DNA of 64,000 bases from Amoebophrya sp. A120 (GCA_905178155.1 CAJINV010000007.1:752627-816626); one strand, 5' to 3'. Positions 1 to 12,555 are shown, counted from the first letter of the stretch. Notes: generated by a model from the sequence alone, not told the origin. Numbers and translations are program-made.

Positions 1-79
1 AAAAAAAAAAAAAAAAAAAAAAAAAATGCAGCATCACAAATTCGCAGCCTTCCAGACCCAGACATTTTTGCAGTTGATA
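1..79. mobile_element. Right end of family-A introner (partial)
   Basis: cttccagacccagacatttttgcagttgata matches the family-A TIR; the leading poly-A may be an assembly artefact. Confidence 0.75.
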
Positions 80-914
80 AGACATCTCCGCGACCAACTT
101 CGATCCTGCTCTTCATCCTGCGGAGCCCCTGAACAACCAAGTCCAAGACCCGGCAGACGAGCCTGTTGGCCTCGCTGTCGCTATCAACTGTAAAAATGTC
201 TGGGTCTGGAAGAATCCAACTTGTCATGCTAGTTTTGGATTCTAAAAAAATCTGTATTGCATGAGCAGCAAAGAGAGTCCAAGTTTTTACACGGAAAGAG
301 CACTTGTCATGCGGTATAGGCATCAGGAAGCCCTCACAAAATCTGTGATGCTAGGGCATGCGTCACAGGTATCAGGAGTCATACAAAATGTGCATGAGAA
401 ACATGCATTCTTCCAGACCCAGACATTTTTACAGTTGACACTCGCTGCCCTCCAGGAAGGGCAGGGGGAAGAGGAAGCGGCGCGCATGGACGACAAGTTT
501 CTGAAGCGGCGTGAGAACAAGAACGACCAGGTATCCTTTGCAAAAGCGTCCCCAGCCCATAGTCAAGTTGGGAAATCTGCTAGACAAATCAACCAGCTTT
601 GGCTGCTGCGCATGACAAATTTGGGCATGACAAATTTGGCCTCGTAGTGTAATTCTGTTTAGCTTGTTCAGCAGCATCACAGACGTAGCATAGCGCGCTT
701 ACATATTGGAGCGTGACAAATTCCAAAACACGACTAGAAAACGCTACGCATCATGGGGCTCCGCACGAGAAACATTTTCAGCATGCGGATTTGCATTGCA
801 ACTATTGGGCGGGGACGTTTTTACTCAGGATACCAGGGTTCGGGACCAGGCTCGATGCTGGAAAAATCCGAAGTGCATCCATTGCAAGCTGCCGTGGATG
901 CGCAAGGTGTGTAA
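80..914 (+). CDS. 3' end of an unknown protein gene (partial), interrupted by introners
   Basis: Removing 182-440 and 532-832 (each plus one 5-bp repeat) gives DISATNFDPALHP...LAVAALQEGQGEEE...NDQGSGPGSML...AQGV, stop at 912-914. Confidence 0.7.
182..440. mobile_element. Introner, family A
   Basis: TIR tatcaactgtaaaaatgtctgggtctggaag / cttccagacccagacatttttacagttgaca; DR gtcgc/ctcgc. Confidence 0.9.
532..832. mobile_element. Introner, family B
   Basis: tatcctttgcaaaagcgtcccc / ggggacgtttttactcaggata; DR ccagg. Confidence 0.9.
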
Positions 915-2224
915 GACTTATTTATACTTGTAGCAATTATTCTAATATACAAACTTGTTTTCGTTTTGTTTTACCAAAATGAAGAAGACCAAGAAAGTTC
1001 ACAGGACAATTTATGTGCACGTGGTCGCAGCTCTTCGTCGATCATCGGCGCCTAAGCACGACATTTAGGAAGTAGGTAAGGCTAGTGAAATTTTTATTAT
1101 TACATCGATTGTACCTAAAAACATCATGATTGTCTCGTCCTTTTTTTTTTAGGCGACATCGCCACCTTCGACGCTGCTGCTGAACCAGATCCGCTGGATG
1201 ACGCGGAAGACGGAAGTGACGAACATATCCTGTGTAAGGACATCCCAAACTACCCATGTTTATCATGCAAATCTCCACGCCTAACATAAACATGCTCATG
1301 CTCAGCCGTCCCATGAGACGAGTGGTGTTTTAGAATTTGTCATTGATTCCAGAGCCAGGATAAATTGATCAATTTCTGCTGTGGCTGGACTTGCTGGACA
1401 CGCTCACACTGCGACTGCGAGGCCAGTTCTGTTTCTGCGATGGTGCCAAACCTGTCAGCACGTGCAAGAACACGCAAAGTGTATTGGTGTGGTTAGGGAA
1501 GTGCCGATATTGACACTAGTGGAAAAATGCCCATTTCGCCCAGCTAGATATAGGAATAGAGTAACAGAATGATATTCATATTCATGGCGAAAATAGGGGC
1601 GGGCAGGGGAAAAAATCTTGACCTTGGGGTCGTGGGAACGTTCCTTCTCAGGATAGAAGCTTTTGCTTTTGACGGCCCTATATCCACTGCAAAAGATATG
1701 TTTGCCTGGGTTCTTGGGAACAAGAGGACTGCAACGCATGTCATGCTAAGTAACCAGACATGTACATGTTGTTTGACTCACTGTGCTGGTCGTCAATCTA
1801 CTGAGTGCCAATACATATAGATACTTACCTTGCATGGTGCTATTAGTTACACGAAGAGGTGGAAGACGAGCTTTTCATCTTGTATACCTGTCGTTAAGAT
1901 TAATAAAAATAAAGCGCCAGTATTCGATATCGACTTCGTCATGCAGAATTATACGCAACTTCTCCACACAGCCGGCTACTTAGTAGCGCTCGAACCTTGT
2001 TGTTGTGTCATGTTCGGCTGCTGTACGTCTACGTTGCGAAGCGTACTTACTAGCCAGGGGAAAGGAATCTGCCCCCCAAAGTGAAATCGAGAGCACCGGG
2101 GGAAAAAAGTAGAACTAGAAGGGGAGGACGGGGGAAAAGGGTACGGGGGAGGGGACAAGCGGGTTGGGGGCGGGGGAAGGGGGGCGAAGAACCCGATGGC
2201 GGAACTTTCTAGGGAGCTCTGCGG

Positions 2225-3290
2225 AGGCTTTCGCCTAGAAAGAACAGGAGGGCGCTCGCGCCGCCTCCTTCTCTATGTGCGAACAGATTCCGGCGTCCAT
2301 TTTCTTCCTTTTTTTCGTGTGTCTGCTGCGGGACCTGTTTCGCTATCTGCGAAAAGTTTGCCAGACACGCAAAAGCGATATGCCCCGGAGGGGCTGGGAG
2401 ACTGTTTTGCCTGGAAAGAGCGGGAGGGTGGTCGCGCCGCCTCCTTCTCTATGTGCGAACAGACTCCGGCGTCAGTTTTCTTCCCTGTTTTCGCGTGTCT
2501 GCTGCGGGACCTGCTTCTCTATCTGCGAACAGTTTGGTTGACAGCCAGGCAAAAGCGATGAGACACCGAGGGGCTGGGAGTCTGTTTTGCCTAGAAAGGA
2601 CGGGGGGGCGTTCGCGCCGTCTCCTTCTCTATGTGCGAACAGATTCCGGCGTCCATTTTCTTCGCTGTTTTCGTGTGTCTGCTGCGGGACCTCTTTCTCT
2701 ATCTGCGAACAGTTTGGCAGCCACGCAAAAGCAGTGAGACGCTGAGGGGCTGGGAGACTGTTTTGCCTAGAAAGAATGGGAGGGCGCTCGCGCCGCCTCC
2801 TTCTCTATGTGCGAACGGATTCCGGCGCCCATTTCCTTCCCTGTTTTCGTGTGTCTGCAGCGGGACCTGTTTCTGCATCTGCGAACAGCTTGACAGCCAC
2901 GCAAAAGCAGTAAGACACGGAGGGGCTCGGAGATTGTTTTCCCTAGAAAGAACGGGAGGGTGTTCGCGCCGCCTCCTTCTCTATGTGCGAACAGATTCCG
3001 GCGCCCATATTCTTCCCTGTTTTCGTGTGCCTGCTGCGGGACCTGTTTCTCTATCTGCGAACAGCTTGACAGCCACGCAAAAGCGATGAGACTGACACGG
3101 TGGGGCTGGGAGACTGTTTTGCCTAGAAAGAACGGGAGGGCGTTCGCGCCGCCTCCCTCTTTATGTGCGAACAGATTCCGGCTTCCATTTTCTTCGCTGT
3201 TTTCGTGTGTTTGCTGCGGGACCTCTTTCTCTATCTGCGAACAGTTTGACAGCCACGCAAAAGCAGTGATACACTAAGGGGCTGGGGGGC
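2225..3290. repeat. Tandem satellite, 6 units of 176-180 bp
   Basis: atgtgcgaac anchor at 2275, 2451, 2631, 2807, 2983, 3163. Confidence 0.95.
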
Positions 3291-3756
3291 TGGGAGATTG
3301 AGAGGCTGGGAGCCGGGGAAACTGGGAAGCGGGGAGCCTGGGGGGAAGGGGGCTGGGAGACTGGGAGGCAGGGAGGTTGGAAGACTGCTGAGAGAAGGAG
3401 AGGCTGGGAGACTGGGAGACCGGGGGACGGGCAGACGGCAGACGGCAGACGCAGAGGCGGGGGGACGAAGAGACGGGGAAACCGGGAGGCCGGGAAACTG
3501 GGGAGCCGAAAAGCCGAATGCAGCGAAATAGCTAAAAACACAGGGAAACCGGGGGAAACCGGGAAAATTCTGAAGGCTGGGGGACCTAGAAAGGGCGACG
3601 GCTGCAGCTGCATAGTTCGAAAGACAGGGAAAGCGGGGTTGTAGCTGAATAGCTAAAAAGACGAAGCAGAATGTAGCGATTGGAAGAATTAGAAGGGAGA
3701 CCGGGAGACCGGGAAACCGGGAAACCGGGAAACCGGGAAACCGGGAAACCGGGACG
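3291..3756. repeat. Degenerate 8-mer repeats (ctgggaga / ccgggaaa)
   Basis: Clear ccgggaaa run at about 3700-3755. Confidence 0.8.
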
Positions 3757-3759
3757 CTC

Positions 3760-3990
3760 TGGAGTGCGTGGTTTCGGGTAAGGGTATCGCTGGGGCGGTT
3801 TCGGGTACGGGTGCGTATCGCTGGAGTGGTTTCGGGCACGGGTATCGCTGGAGTGGGTTCGGGTAAGGATATCACTGGAGTGGTTTCGGGTAAGGGTATC
3901 GCTGGAGTGGTTTCGGGTAAGGGTATCACTGGAGTGGTTTCGGGTAAGGGTATCGCTGGAGTGGTTTCGCATAAGGGTACGCGGGGAGTG
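3760..3990. repeat. 27-bp minisatellite, about 8 copies
   Basis: Unit ctggagtggtttcgggtaagggtatc(g/a). Confidence 0.9.
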
Positions 3991-4108
3991 ATAAAGTGCT
4001 TCACGATTTCAGTGCTTTTGGGCAATTTCCGTCGATTCCGCGTCTATATATATTAACCAGCTTATTCATTGGCATTGCCCATTTATATTTTATCTGAGAC
4101 CACCAGCA

Positions 4109-5017
4109 TTGCAACTGTCCTCCTCCGGACCCGGATCATCGAGAATTTGCAATGCATACCCTTACGACGGCTTCGACGACCCGTTTCCGGAGGAGGAAGA
4201 CGATGTGACTGACCACCAAGGAAACCCCGTGGCGTTTTTGGAGGCGGAGGACGACGAGTTACCTGATCATGTCGAGCAAGAAGCTTCGAGCGATGCCGAT
4301 ACGGTTGTTCCTTCAGAATCATGCCGGTGCTGGGCAGCGGGGGGATGGAAGAGCTTCGGGTTCCAGACGAGGAGAAATCCGTCTGCAGTTGCTCCTGGAA
4401 CTTGGAAACTGGGGAAAGGGGTTTTTACGCGAGCAAATTGGAGTCCCAGCTTGCGAAGAATTCCAGCCGCCAAGACGGTTGTCCTGATGCCATTTTCGCC
4501 AATATCGGAGACACGATACCAAGTTTACGATTTGGCTAAAAAAGGAGGTTGGCTGAAAAAAGAAGACTCAATCGCAACACCCCGGGCCACAGACACCGGT
4601 GATGCTCGTGCTGATGCTACGCTTCCCGCGCACGCTCGGATTGAATGTGTCGGCAAAAACTCGAAGGTGAAGGCGAATATCAAAATGCCAATTCAAAATG
4701 CGCAAACCGGAAACACGGAGGAGATGATTGTTGCTAAAGACGAGGAATTCACTCAAATCAAATACCGTTCCCCCACGAACCCTCAGAACTGCTGGAACGG
4801 GTTCGTTCTCAGCAGTAGCCTGATTCCGTTCAACGAGGCGGAGCGGCTTGTGAAAGTGAACGAAAAAATGGAAGGCCTGGAAATGTATCGCAGCGAACTT
4901 GTAAAAACGCTTCGCCAGCATCACGGGCCTCACGGGCACGCGGCACACACAATTTTGGCGGAGAAGGGGGTCACGGAGGACGTGGAATCACTCACCGAAA
5001 CGCCATCGGGAATGCAC
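4109..5017 (+). CDS. Unknown protein, about 300 aa of open frame, apparently disrupted at its 3' end
   Basis: Long globular-looking ORF with an acidic N-terminus; after 5017 it runs into an introner-like start (tatgcattgca) and then a repeat element. Confidence 0.4.
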
Positions 5018-5113
5018 TATGCATTGCACAGAACAGCAGGGGGGGTAGAACAGGGAAGAAATGTTGTCTGGCTACCTATGTACAATATGAACAGGACGAA
5101 CTTGCATGATAAG

Positions 5114-5485
5114 CAAGGTCCACGCGTGGGGACAGGGTCCCCACGCTGGGGCCTTGTGCCCAGCTCTAGTAGCGCTAGTGGGGGAAGGGTGTTCGGCATC
5201 GGGCCGGACAGCGTCCGCCCCTCGCCTCACACCAGGCGCGCGCGTAGTGGCTTAGTGCGCGAGTCGCTAGTTGGGGAAGGGTGTTCGCCTCACACCAGCA
5301 GGCGCGCGCGTAGTGGCTTAGTGCTTGCAACGCTAGTGGGGCAAGGGCGCTCACCTGTCGCGACTCACCTGTCCAGGTCACCTGTCACGGTCACCTATCA
5401 AGGTCACCCGTCCAGGTCACCTGTCAAGGTCACCTGTCGCCGGAGGTATGCGTTACCAGAGCCCGGAAGTCAAGCAATGTAGAGA
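5114..5485 (-). mobile_element. Non-autonomous Helitron-like element, copy 1
   Basis: Homologous to 32650-33489; on the minus strand starts A|TC, has hairpin gcgtggggac-3nt-gtccccacgc near a CTTG end, and an internal 13-bp gacaggtgacctt array. Confidence 0.6.
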
Positions 5486-7968
5486 TCAGTACTCACGTTG
5501 TTAAGATCAAGATCGATATAATCGAGTAAGAATGTACGTCCTCGAGTTCCAGCGCGGACAATTTTCTCGCTTTCTTTCGGACTCGAGATGAAGACAGAGT
5601 CGCGGACAGTTTGCTCTACTACTTAACTTGATCACAGAGGACAATCTTGCTGCCGGAGCATCTTTATGTGGATGGCAGAGTATTAGCTCTTATGATTCGG
5701 CAGCTGCACGGCGAATAACGGCCATTTTTTTCTTTACCGACCCTGGTTACATGTTTCTGCTTGCAGTGGATAAGCACCACTACACTAAAAAAGCAACCGA
5801 CTCCGACAAGGCGTTCGTTGGAAACCCCCTGCCATTCGTCGATGACGTCATTCCGCCCGCCTCTGACGTCTCTTTGTAAAAGAGAGTGGAAGAAGCGGGG
5901 TCGGAGGGCCCTGACGCTGTCGCTGCCGCTGCAGAAGAAACCGGTTGAAGGCGTTGCCCCCTGAGTTTTGCGAATCGTGTATGAAAATGAAGCAGGACCA
6001 GCGAGGACATCGTTATTCCCCTTCTGTACTGCACGGAGACGAACACGATAAGCGGAACGAAACAACAGCCAGGCTTGAGACAACTTCGTTCACTCCAACG
6101 CTCGAAAGTGTCAGCAGTAAGCAGCGCTGCGACTGACAACGATATAATCGACAACAACTGCTGCAGGGGATCAGCGCAAGAACATCAATGCTCAATTTTT
6201 GAGGAAGCGATATCTATTGCAAAACTTATCGAACAAGAAATACAATTTTGTTTTTTTCTCCTTTCATTTTTTTTTGCCACACATGCATAAGTACATTAAT
6301 AAATTATCACACCTATAATTTCAAAAAAGCCTTTCCTTTTACTTTCCACCTTATATCCAAATAAAGACGTCCGGCATTGTTCCTATGAAATTTGTCTTTC
6401 ATCTGTGTTATCTTCCTTCCCTCCAAAGTATCACTATCATCTAAAGAGCTTGTGCTCGCCTTATCTTACTTTCTTGTGGGTTGGAAGTACAAAGGCAAAA
6501 GCGGAAGCAGGGTGTCCGCCATGAAGATCTTCACTAGCGGCGTGAGGCCTTCTGTGGTCCGAGGTATGTTTTCCACTTCTAGTGCCGACGATGAAAATAA
6601 ACACCGGACGCTCAGACTGATGACCCGTGGTTCTCACCTGCGGGGCGGATTTTCTTGTAATTGCAACGCCCGCTGTGCCTGCGCAAGTGGAGGGAGCAGG
6701 CCGCGCAACAGAAAAGAACGAAGTAGTAAACAAGAGCGCACACCAGAAGGAGGTGCTGCAGAAGTAAGTGGACAAATAGCAATCACTACCTAGTGCGCAA
6801 CTCCTTCACAGCTTTCCGACCCAGTACCGAGCAGAAGTATCAAATAAGATTCGAGCAGCTTCTATCCCTGAGCTATCAAATAAGATTTTTCGACAGAGTT
6901 GTGCTTCACTTTTTATTTCGTAGTTTTTGTTTGACAAACAACAACAAGAGAAGGTCGCGGAAAACAGACGAGCCAAAAAGGAATAGACCGGGGCTGGGCT
7001 CCTGCGCACTGTAAGGAGGAGCCAGGAAGTCAGTGAAGTACTCAAATAAAGACGACACATACTTACACATTTGCAGTCCTACTTTCACATACGCATGGGA
7101 TGGTGACCTCCCAGGAGGTCGTATCATGGTATATTATACGCCCCGTACTTCTTTCCACCTGAGCATACGCGACAACATGGAGCTTTCTTCTTGTCGTGCT
7201 TGAGCTTAGAGTGCAGGAAACTCGCTCCACCCATTCGGTCGTCATCTTCTGTGTCGTGAGAACGCAGTTCTCGATTCGGTGTGGTTACTTTTTGTCGTAC
7301 GTCGTACCTATCGCTATCGAAGCCAGCATGATGTCATGCGTTTTACGAATGATTTTAATTATACATGAAATATCGATACTCTTCACCCATTTTTCGGTCT
7401 TTCGTCCTTGTCGTGCAAAAATCAGAATGATGCGTTTCTTTTCGTATAGATATTTCGTCCATCTTAATATTCTTGTCGTCCTGTGTATACTTTGTTTTCC
7501 TTTTCGCTCTTCACCCTCCATCTCGGTTTTCTTGTTTCTGTTTGCAGAATCTGTTCCCTTGCAGAAGCCATACAGATTGGCATTGTGCTTGTCGTCTTTG
7601 TGATGTAGTTGTAGTTCGTATTGCTTGACAAAATCATCAAATGCAAATATACTACAGGTTTGCGTGATCTTCGAAGCAGATCTATTATTGGATGACCATT
7701 CGTAGCAACCCAACTGCTAGGACAAGCGCATCCCCCCCTGTTGCATAAAAATTATGGAAGTTGTGTGCCAGCAGCTAATATATCTTATCATTCACCGTCA
7801 CCACCATCATCGAAGATTTTAGGAAGCCGAGCGGGCATATTACGCAATTCCCAATCAGAAGTCGTATTTAGTCCTCGTCCCGTTGTTTGATGTTTTGTGA
7901 CTTTTTGTTTTTGCTTTTCCATTTCCATAGATAAATTAAAATTTGAAAAACTAATACGCGTAGCACTC

Positions 7969-10900
7969 ATGGACAACACCAGGAACAGCACCAACGCCAC
8001 TGCAGCACCGACAGGAGCTCCTGTCGTAGACCCCCCGACGGAAGAGCAAATAACGCCGATGTTGCAGCCTGCCAAGGGGGTCGGAGCAGTACCCGACAAC
8101 ATAATTTCCCCCGCAGGCGCAAGAATCTTCGCGAATATGAATGAAGGTATTGAGAGGAAAAATCCCCCCTCCCCATATCGAAAAGGTATCTTTCCGAAAA
8201 TTTGTGTTGCTGATTTGAGGTCACAAATCACATTTGTCTTGCAAGAAGACAAGGGCAGAAGCTTCCGCCTTATTATGGAAGCGATTTGTCATGCTCTTGG
8301 GCCTAAAGGTCAGCCGTTTGCAATGCTGAACAACTAGACCCATACGCCCCTAGCTAGCCTGGGGATCTGGTCGCAGTGCCTTCCTGCAATACAAATCTGA
8401 TTTGTGTACGCAAATCCAGCATCACAGATCTCCTTTTTGATATGGGGAGGGGGGATTTTTCCTTTTCATAGAAGGGAAGGGCCCATTGCAGCAAGAGGTG
8501 CAGCAGCAGCAGCAGTTTCCAGCCACGAGAAACGGGAGGCAACCGAAACTGTATCGCAAGAAAATAAAACTGTTTCACTGTAAACTTGTGATGCAGAAAA
8601 TGTATCTGAGAACGAGAAGTGTTTCTCTACTTGCTACACATGCGAAGACAAGGGATAATTTTTAGCTGTGTTTTCCCTTAGGAATCTCGCATGGCAAATT
8701 TTCCACCCTGTAATGACATAGAACAAACTTGTGATGCAAAACTTGCAAAATCTTTACAGTGAAACACTACTTTTTTCGTACGATAAACTGATGCAGGAGA
8801 ACAATAAGCCGGATCCGTATGGCCGACCGCGGAACCCCTCCCGTTGTGACTGGTTTGTTGGTATCAAATGCAAATATGTCTGGGTCTGGGAGGATGGAAC
8901 TTGTCATGCTGTCTTTGGATTCCAAGAAAATCTGTATTGCGTAAGGAGCAAGAGGAGTCCAGTTTATGCTACGCGGAGGGGGTATTCCTCATGCGGTATA
9001 GGCATCAGGAAGCCCTCGCAAAATCTCCGATGCTAGGTCATGCATTACAGGCATCATCGTTCACGCAAAATGTGCATGACAAGTGTTCCAATCTTCCAAA
9101 CCCAGACACTTTTGCAGTTGATAGTTGGCAAGTATTGCTGTGCCGACCGCGCACCCGTGGAAGCCGCATCCGCACAGGTGGGGTGCTGCTACTGTGACCG
9201 AAGCTATTACCTATCAAATGCAAAAATGTCTGGGTCTGGAAGATTACCAGGTTTGTCATGTATATTTTGAATGACCCATGATGTCGGTGATGCACGCCCT
9301 AGCATTACAGATGCCTCTGCCGCATGAGAAATGCCCTTTCCGCGTAGCACAAACTGGAGTTCTCTTGCTGGTCATGCAACACAAATTTTTTCAGAATCCA
9401 GAGACAGCATTACAAGTTTAGAACCTTCCAGACCCAGACATTTTTGCATTTGATATTGCCCGAGCTTCATCGAAAGATTTGCGGGCTGCTGCTGCGCCTG
9501 CTGCGGCCTGGGGCTGTGCGTCACGGTATTGAAAGGAAAAATCCCCCCGCCCCATATTGAAAACGTATCTTCTGAAAATTTGTGCTGCAGATTTGTGGCC
9601 ACAAATCTTGTCTGTTTTGCTAGAAGGCAAATCCAGGCTCTCTGCCACGCTATGCAGGCGATTTGTAATGCTGTAAGGACTACAGGGCAGCCGTCTAAGT
9701 ACCACGCTAGGCGTCTACACCAATAGGCCTCTATCTAGGCTTGCGATCTGCGTGCAGTCCTCTACCGCAAGACAAATCTGATGCGTGTACGCAAATCCAG
9801 CATCACAGATCTCCTTTTCGATATGGGGAGGGGGGATATTTCCTCGTGATACACGGGGAACTGGGACGGACTCTGGTCCGCTTCGTTCAAGTTCAACCTG
9901 TATCCTGTGTAAAAACGCCCCCACCCCACAGTTGTAATGCGAATCTCCATGCTTAGAATAAATGTTTCTCATGCGGAGACGCATGAGAAGCATGCTCTAG
10001 TAAATTGTGTTTTGAGGTTTGTGATGCTCAAATCAGCATGATAAACTGGATTTGTGATGCTCCTGCACTAGCTAAACACGACTAGTACACTACGAGCCCA
10101 AATTTGTTATGCGCAACAGCCAATGGTTGGTGATTTGTGTAGCAGATTTCATCCCATCTTGTTGACTATGGGGTGGGGAGGACGTTTTTACACAGGATAG
10201 CCTGGGCCTCTTCGCTTTGATCTGGTGTTTGCACGCCTTTTCTTTCGTTTTCCAGGCACTCCTGGTCGCGGCCGCGAATCAAAGTATCTGGACCATTCTC
10301 CCCGCGGCGCTCCTGCCGGTGTACTGGGTTCCGGTGGGCGTCCTAGAGCCGTTTGCCGCTTTGCTGTCGCACCTCCGCTTTCTGAATCAGGAGCTTGCGT
10401 ACGTGAGCTTGCTCGAGTATGGAAGCGTCAGGATTGAAAGCGTCAAAGTTGAAATGATTTGTGATGCATAAAATGCAACCCACAAAGTGCCTGTCTTGCA
10501 GAGTAGGCAAGGGAGGCAGATTGCAAGCCTGTTGAGGGGTAGAAATAGAGCTGCTAAAGTAGCATGACAAAAGGCGTCTTCCTTACCCAAACAGCATTAC
10601 AAACTGGATTTAGGCACCACCAAAACTTGTCATGCGCCACTTGAAAACTGGGCTCCAACTGGCATCCATTTTATGCATGACAAACTATTTCGTTGGCGAA
10701 CGTTAAACGCACCTGCTGGCGAGAAGTATGGACCGTTGGCGAACGTTAAACGCATGCTGGCGTAGTGAGGACTGTGTGCGAAAGTAAGGAAAAGGCAGCG
10801 TAAGTAGTTGGATGTGCCCGGGGATGATGGTGATGGCTTCGGTCCGCCTGACTCCGCGACCTGGTGGCCGAACCACGTGCGGTTCGGTGCCCTTACAGGT

Positions 10901-12555
10901 TGTGTAGTGGTTTCGGTCGGTTTAGCATGACAAACTATTTCAACTCTGACGATTTCAATCCTGACACATCCATATCGAGCACATCCGAGCCGGCGGCACG
11001 CCCGAGGACTGGGGCGGCCGCCACACGCACACGATTGATGCGCACGATCTTGGTATGAAAGTGCACAACTTCATCCCCTCCCCCTCAACATTTGTATTGC
11101 AGCATGAACAGCAATGCCAGCGTTAGCAAGAGTACCTAGTACAGGTCTTGCATGACAAATTTGGACTACAGGCGTGTAGTGCTATTTGGGCTGCCGGAAC
11201 TTGTCATGCAAACAGTGCTAGACGCCCAGGCGTAAACTAGCTATTTTGCATGAGAAATGAGGGGGAGGGGGAGTTCTTGTGCACTCTCATACTTGGCCCC
11301 GTACTCCGGAACACAACGACCTTTGCGGGAATCACGATCGACGGAACCTACTACCACTCCGACCGCAGCATATCCTGAGGAAAAACGTCCCCACCCGCCC
11401 AGGGTTGTCCTGCAAATCTGCATCCGAAAAAAGTTGAAGTTTGTCATGCGGAGCCCCATGATAAGTATTTTCAATTCGTGTTCGCGGAATTTGTCATGCT
11501 CTAATCAGCATGATATACGTAGACCTGTGATATTCCTGCTAAACTAGCTAAACAGGATTCCACTACGAACCGACAAGCTTGTCTTGCGAAACAACCAAAG
11601 CTGGTTGATTTGTCTAGCAGATTTGCCATCTTCTTGACTGGTGTTGGGACGTTTTTACTCAGGATACAGCAACGCCGAGGTTTTGGCCTACAACCCCGGG
11701 CTGGTGAAAACGTCGCAAATTTTGTACCTGAACCTGCACACGGTCCACGACTGCAAAGTGTTCCTGTTGATCCCCGTTAGTATCGCGCTGGCCGTGTACT
11801 TTATCAGCTGGAACGCCAAAGTTTTCGTCGCGGGTATTGACTACAGCTACGTGGCCTCGGTCCTGGCGGCAAAAAGGTCCGGCGGGGGCTTTGCGACGAT
11901 GAACAAGAAGGGATCTAGTACAAAGGGCGGCACGACTGGTACTACAACTTCTCACGGCGGAGAAGCCGCCGTGCCCTTGCTCGGACAACCTGTGCAGGCC
12001 CAGGACTACAGCACTGATGTTCATCGAGGGGTGGTGACGCTAGAGGGACAAGAACAGGCAGAAACGACCGGAGTTATAGTCGAGGGCGGTCCCAACTACA
12101 ACAACGTTGTAGAAGAAGAGACGGCTGCTCTTCTTGTTCCCGATGAAAATAGTTCCGGTCCTCGTAGAAGCAACAGAACCTCGAAACAGGCGTCCGGCAC
12201 AACTTCTACCGCAGTGCGGGCTTCGCGCGAAAATCACATTACAACAGCGTCTTCCATTAAGCCGCGGCAGAGTGGGCACCAGCTGCAGGAGCAGGTTGTG
12301 CAGGTAGACCTTCAAGATCAGCAGAAAAGGCGGAGTAGTGGTCGGCAGGGAAGTCGTGCGGGACAAAAGGAAAAGCCGTCTAGTACCGGCGAACTTTCGT
12401 CCGGCTTTCAAGATACGTCGCACATTACCGCTTCCGTCGACGTGAACAGAAACCACCAGCAGCTTCTAAGCGGTCCTGGGGAGGTTCTTGCGACAACCAC
12501 TGAGCAAGTGCAAAACTACGGCCACCTGTTCGCCCAGGGCCCAGCGGCGGTATAG
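7969..12555 (+). CDS. Cys-rich multi-pass membrane protein, paralog 1 (10 exons, 9 introners)
   Basis: Hand-spliced frame is continuous: MDNTRN...VGCCYCDRS...FAGCCCACCGLGLCVTGNWDGLWSASFKFNLGLFALIW...YFISWNAKVF...GPAAV. Confidence 0.85.
8148..8470. mobile_element. Introner, family C
   Basis: TIR ggaaaaatcccccctccccatatc / gatatggggaggggggatttttcc; DR gaagg. Confidence 0.9.
8552..8785. mobile_element. Introner, family E
   Basis: tatcg...tgtttcactgtaa / ttacagtgaaaca...cgata; DR aactg. Confidence 0.9.
8862..9123. mobile_element. Introner, family A
   Basis: Family-A TIR; DR gttgg. Confidence 0.9.
9212..9455. mobile_element. Introner, family A (inverted relative to 8862)
   Basis: Family-A TIR; DR ttacc/ttgcc. 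Confidence 0.9.
9527..9851. mobile_element. Introner, family C
   Basis: Family-C TIR; DR cacgg. Confidence 0.9.
9901..10199. mobile_element. Introner, family B (inverted relative to 532)
   Basis: tatcctgtgtaaaaacg / cgtttttacacaggata; DR acctg/gcctg. Confidence 0.9.
10418..10974. mobile_element. Introner, family F, with nested insertion
   Basis: tatggaagcgtcaggattgaaa / tttcaatcctgacacatccata; DR tcgag. Confidence 0.9.
10692..10924. mobile_element. 233-bp insertion with a 17-bp flanking duplication
   Basis: gcatgacaaactatttc at 10675-10691 and 10925-10941. Confidence 0.65.
11054..11291. mobile_element. Introner, family G
   Basis: tatgaaagtgcacaa / ttgtgcactctcata; DR cttgg. Confidence 0.9.
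11371..11666. mobile_element. Introner, family B
   Basis: Family-B TIR; DR cagca. Confidence 0.9.

Noticed and set aside
1-26. Poly-A run as a retroposon or mRNA tail
   Set aside because: It lies at the window edge with no context and may be an assembly artefact.
261-647. Recurrent short ORF peptides (FQTQTFL, MQKCLGLE, KNPPSPYRK, LQKYRT) as a protein family or transposase
   Set aside because: They are translations of introner TIRs in arbitrary frames, with no DDE motif and frequent stops.
1226-1362. Family-B-like remnant (tatcctgtgtaa...caggata)
   Set aside because: No matching direct repeat, weak TIR and no reconstructable host gene, so not counted as intact.
2225-3990. CRISPR-like array
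   Set aside because: The units are tandem repeats without unique spacers, there are no cas genes, and the context is eukaryotic.
5590-7720. Short ORFs on both strands
   Set aside because: No recognisable domain or consistent exon structure.
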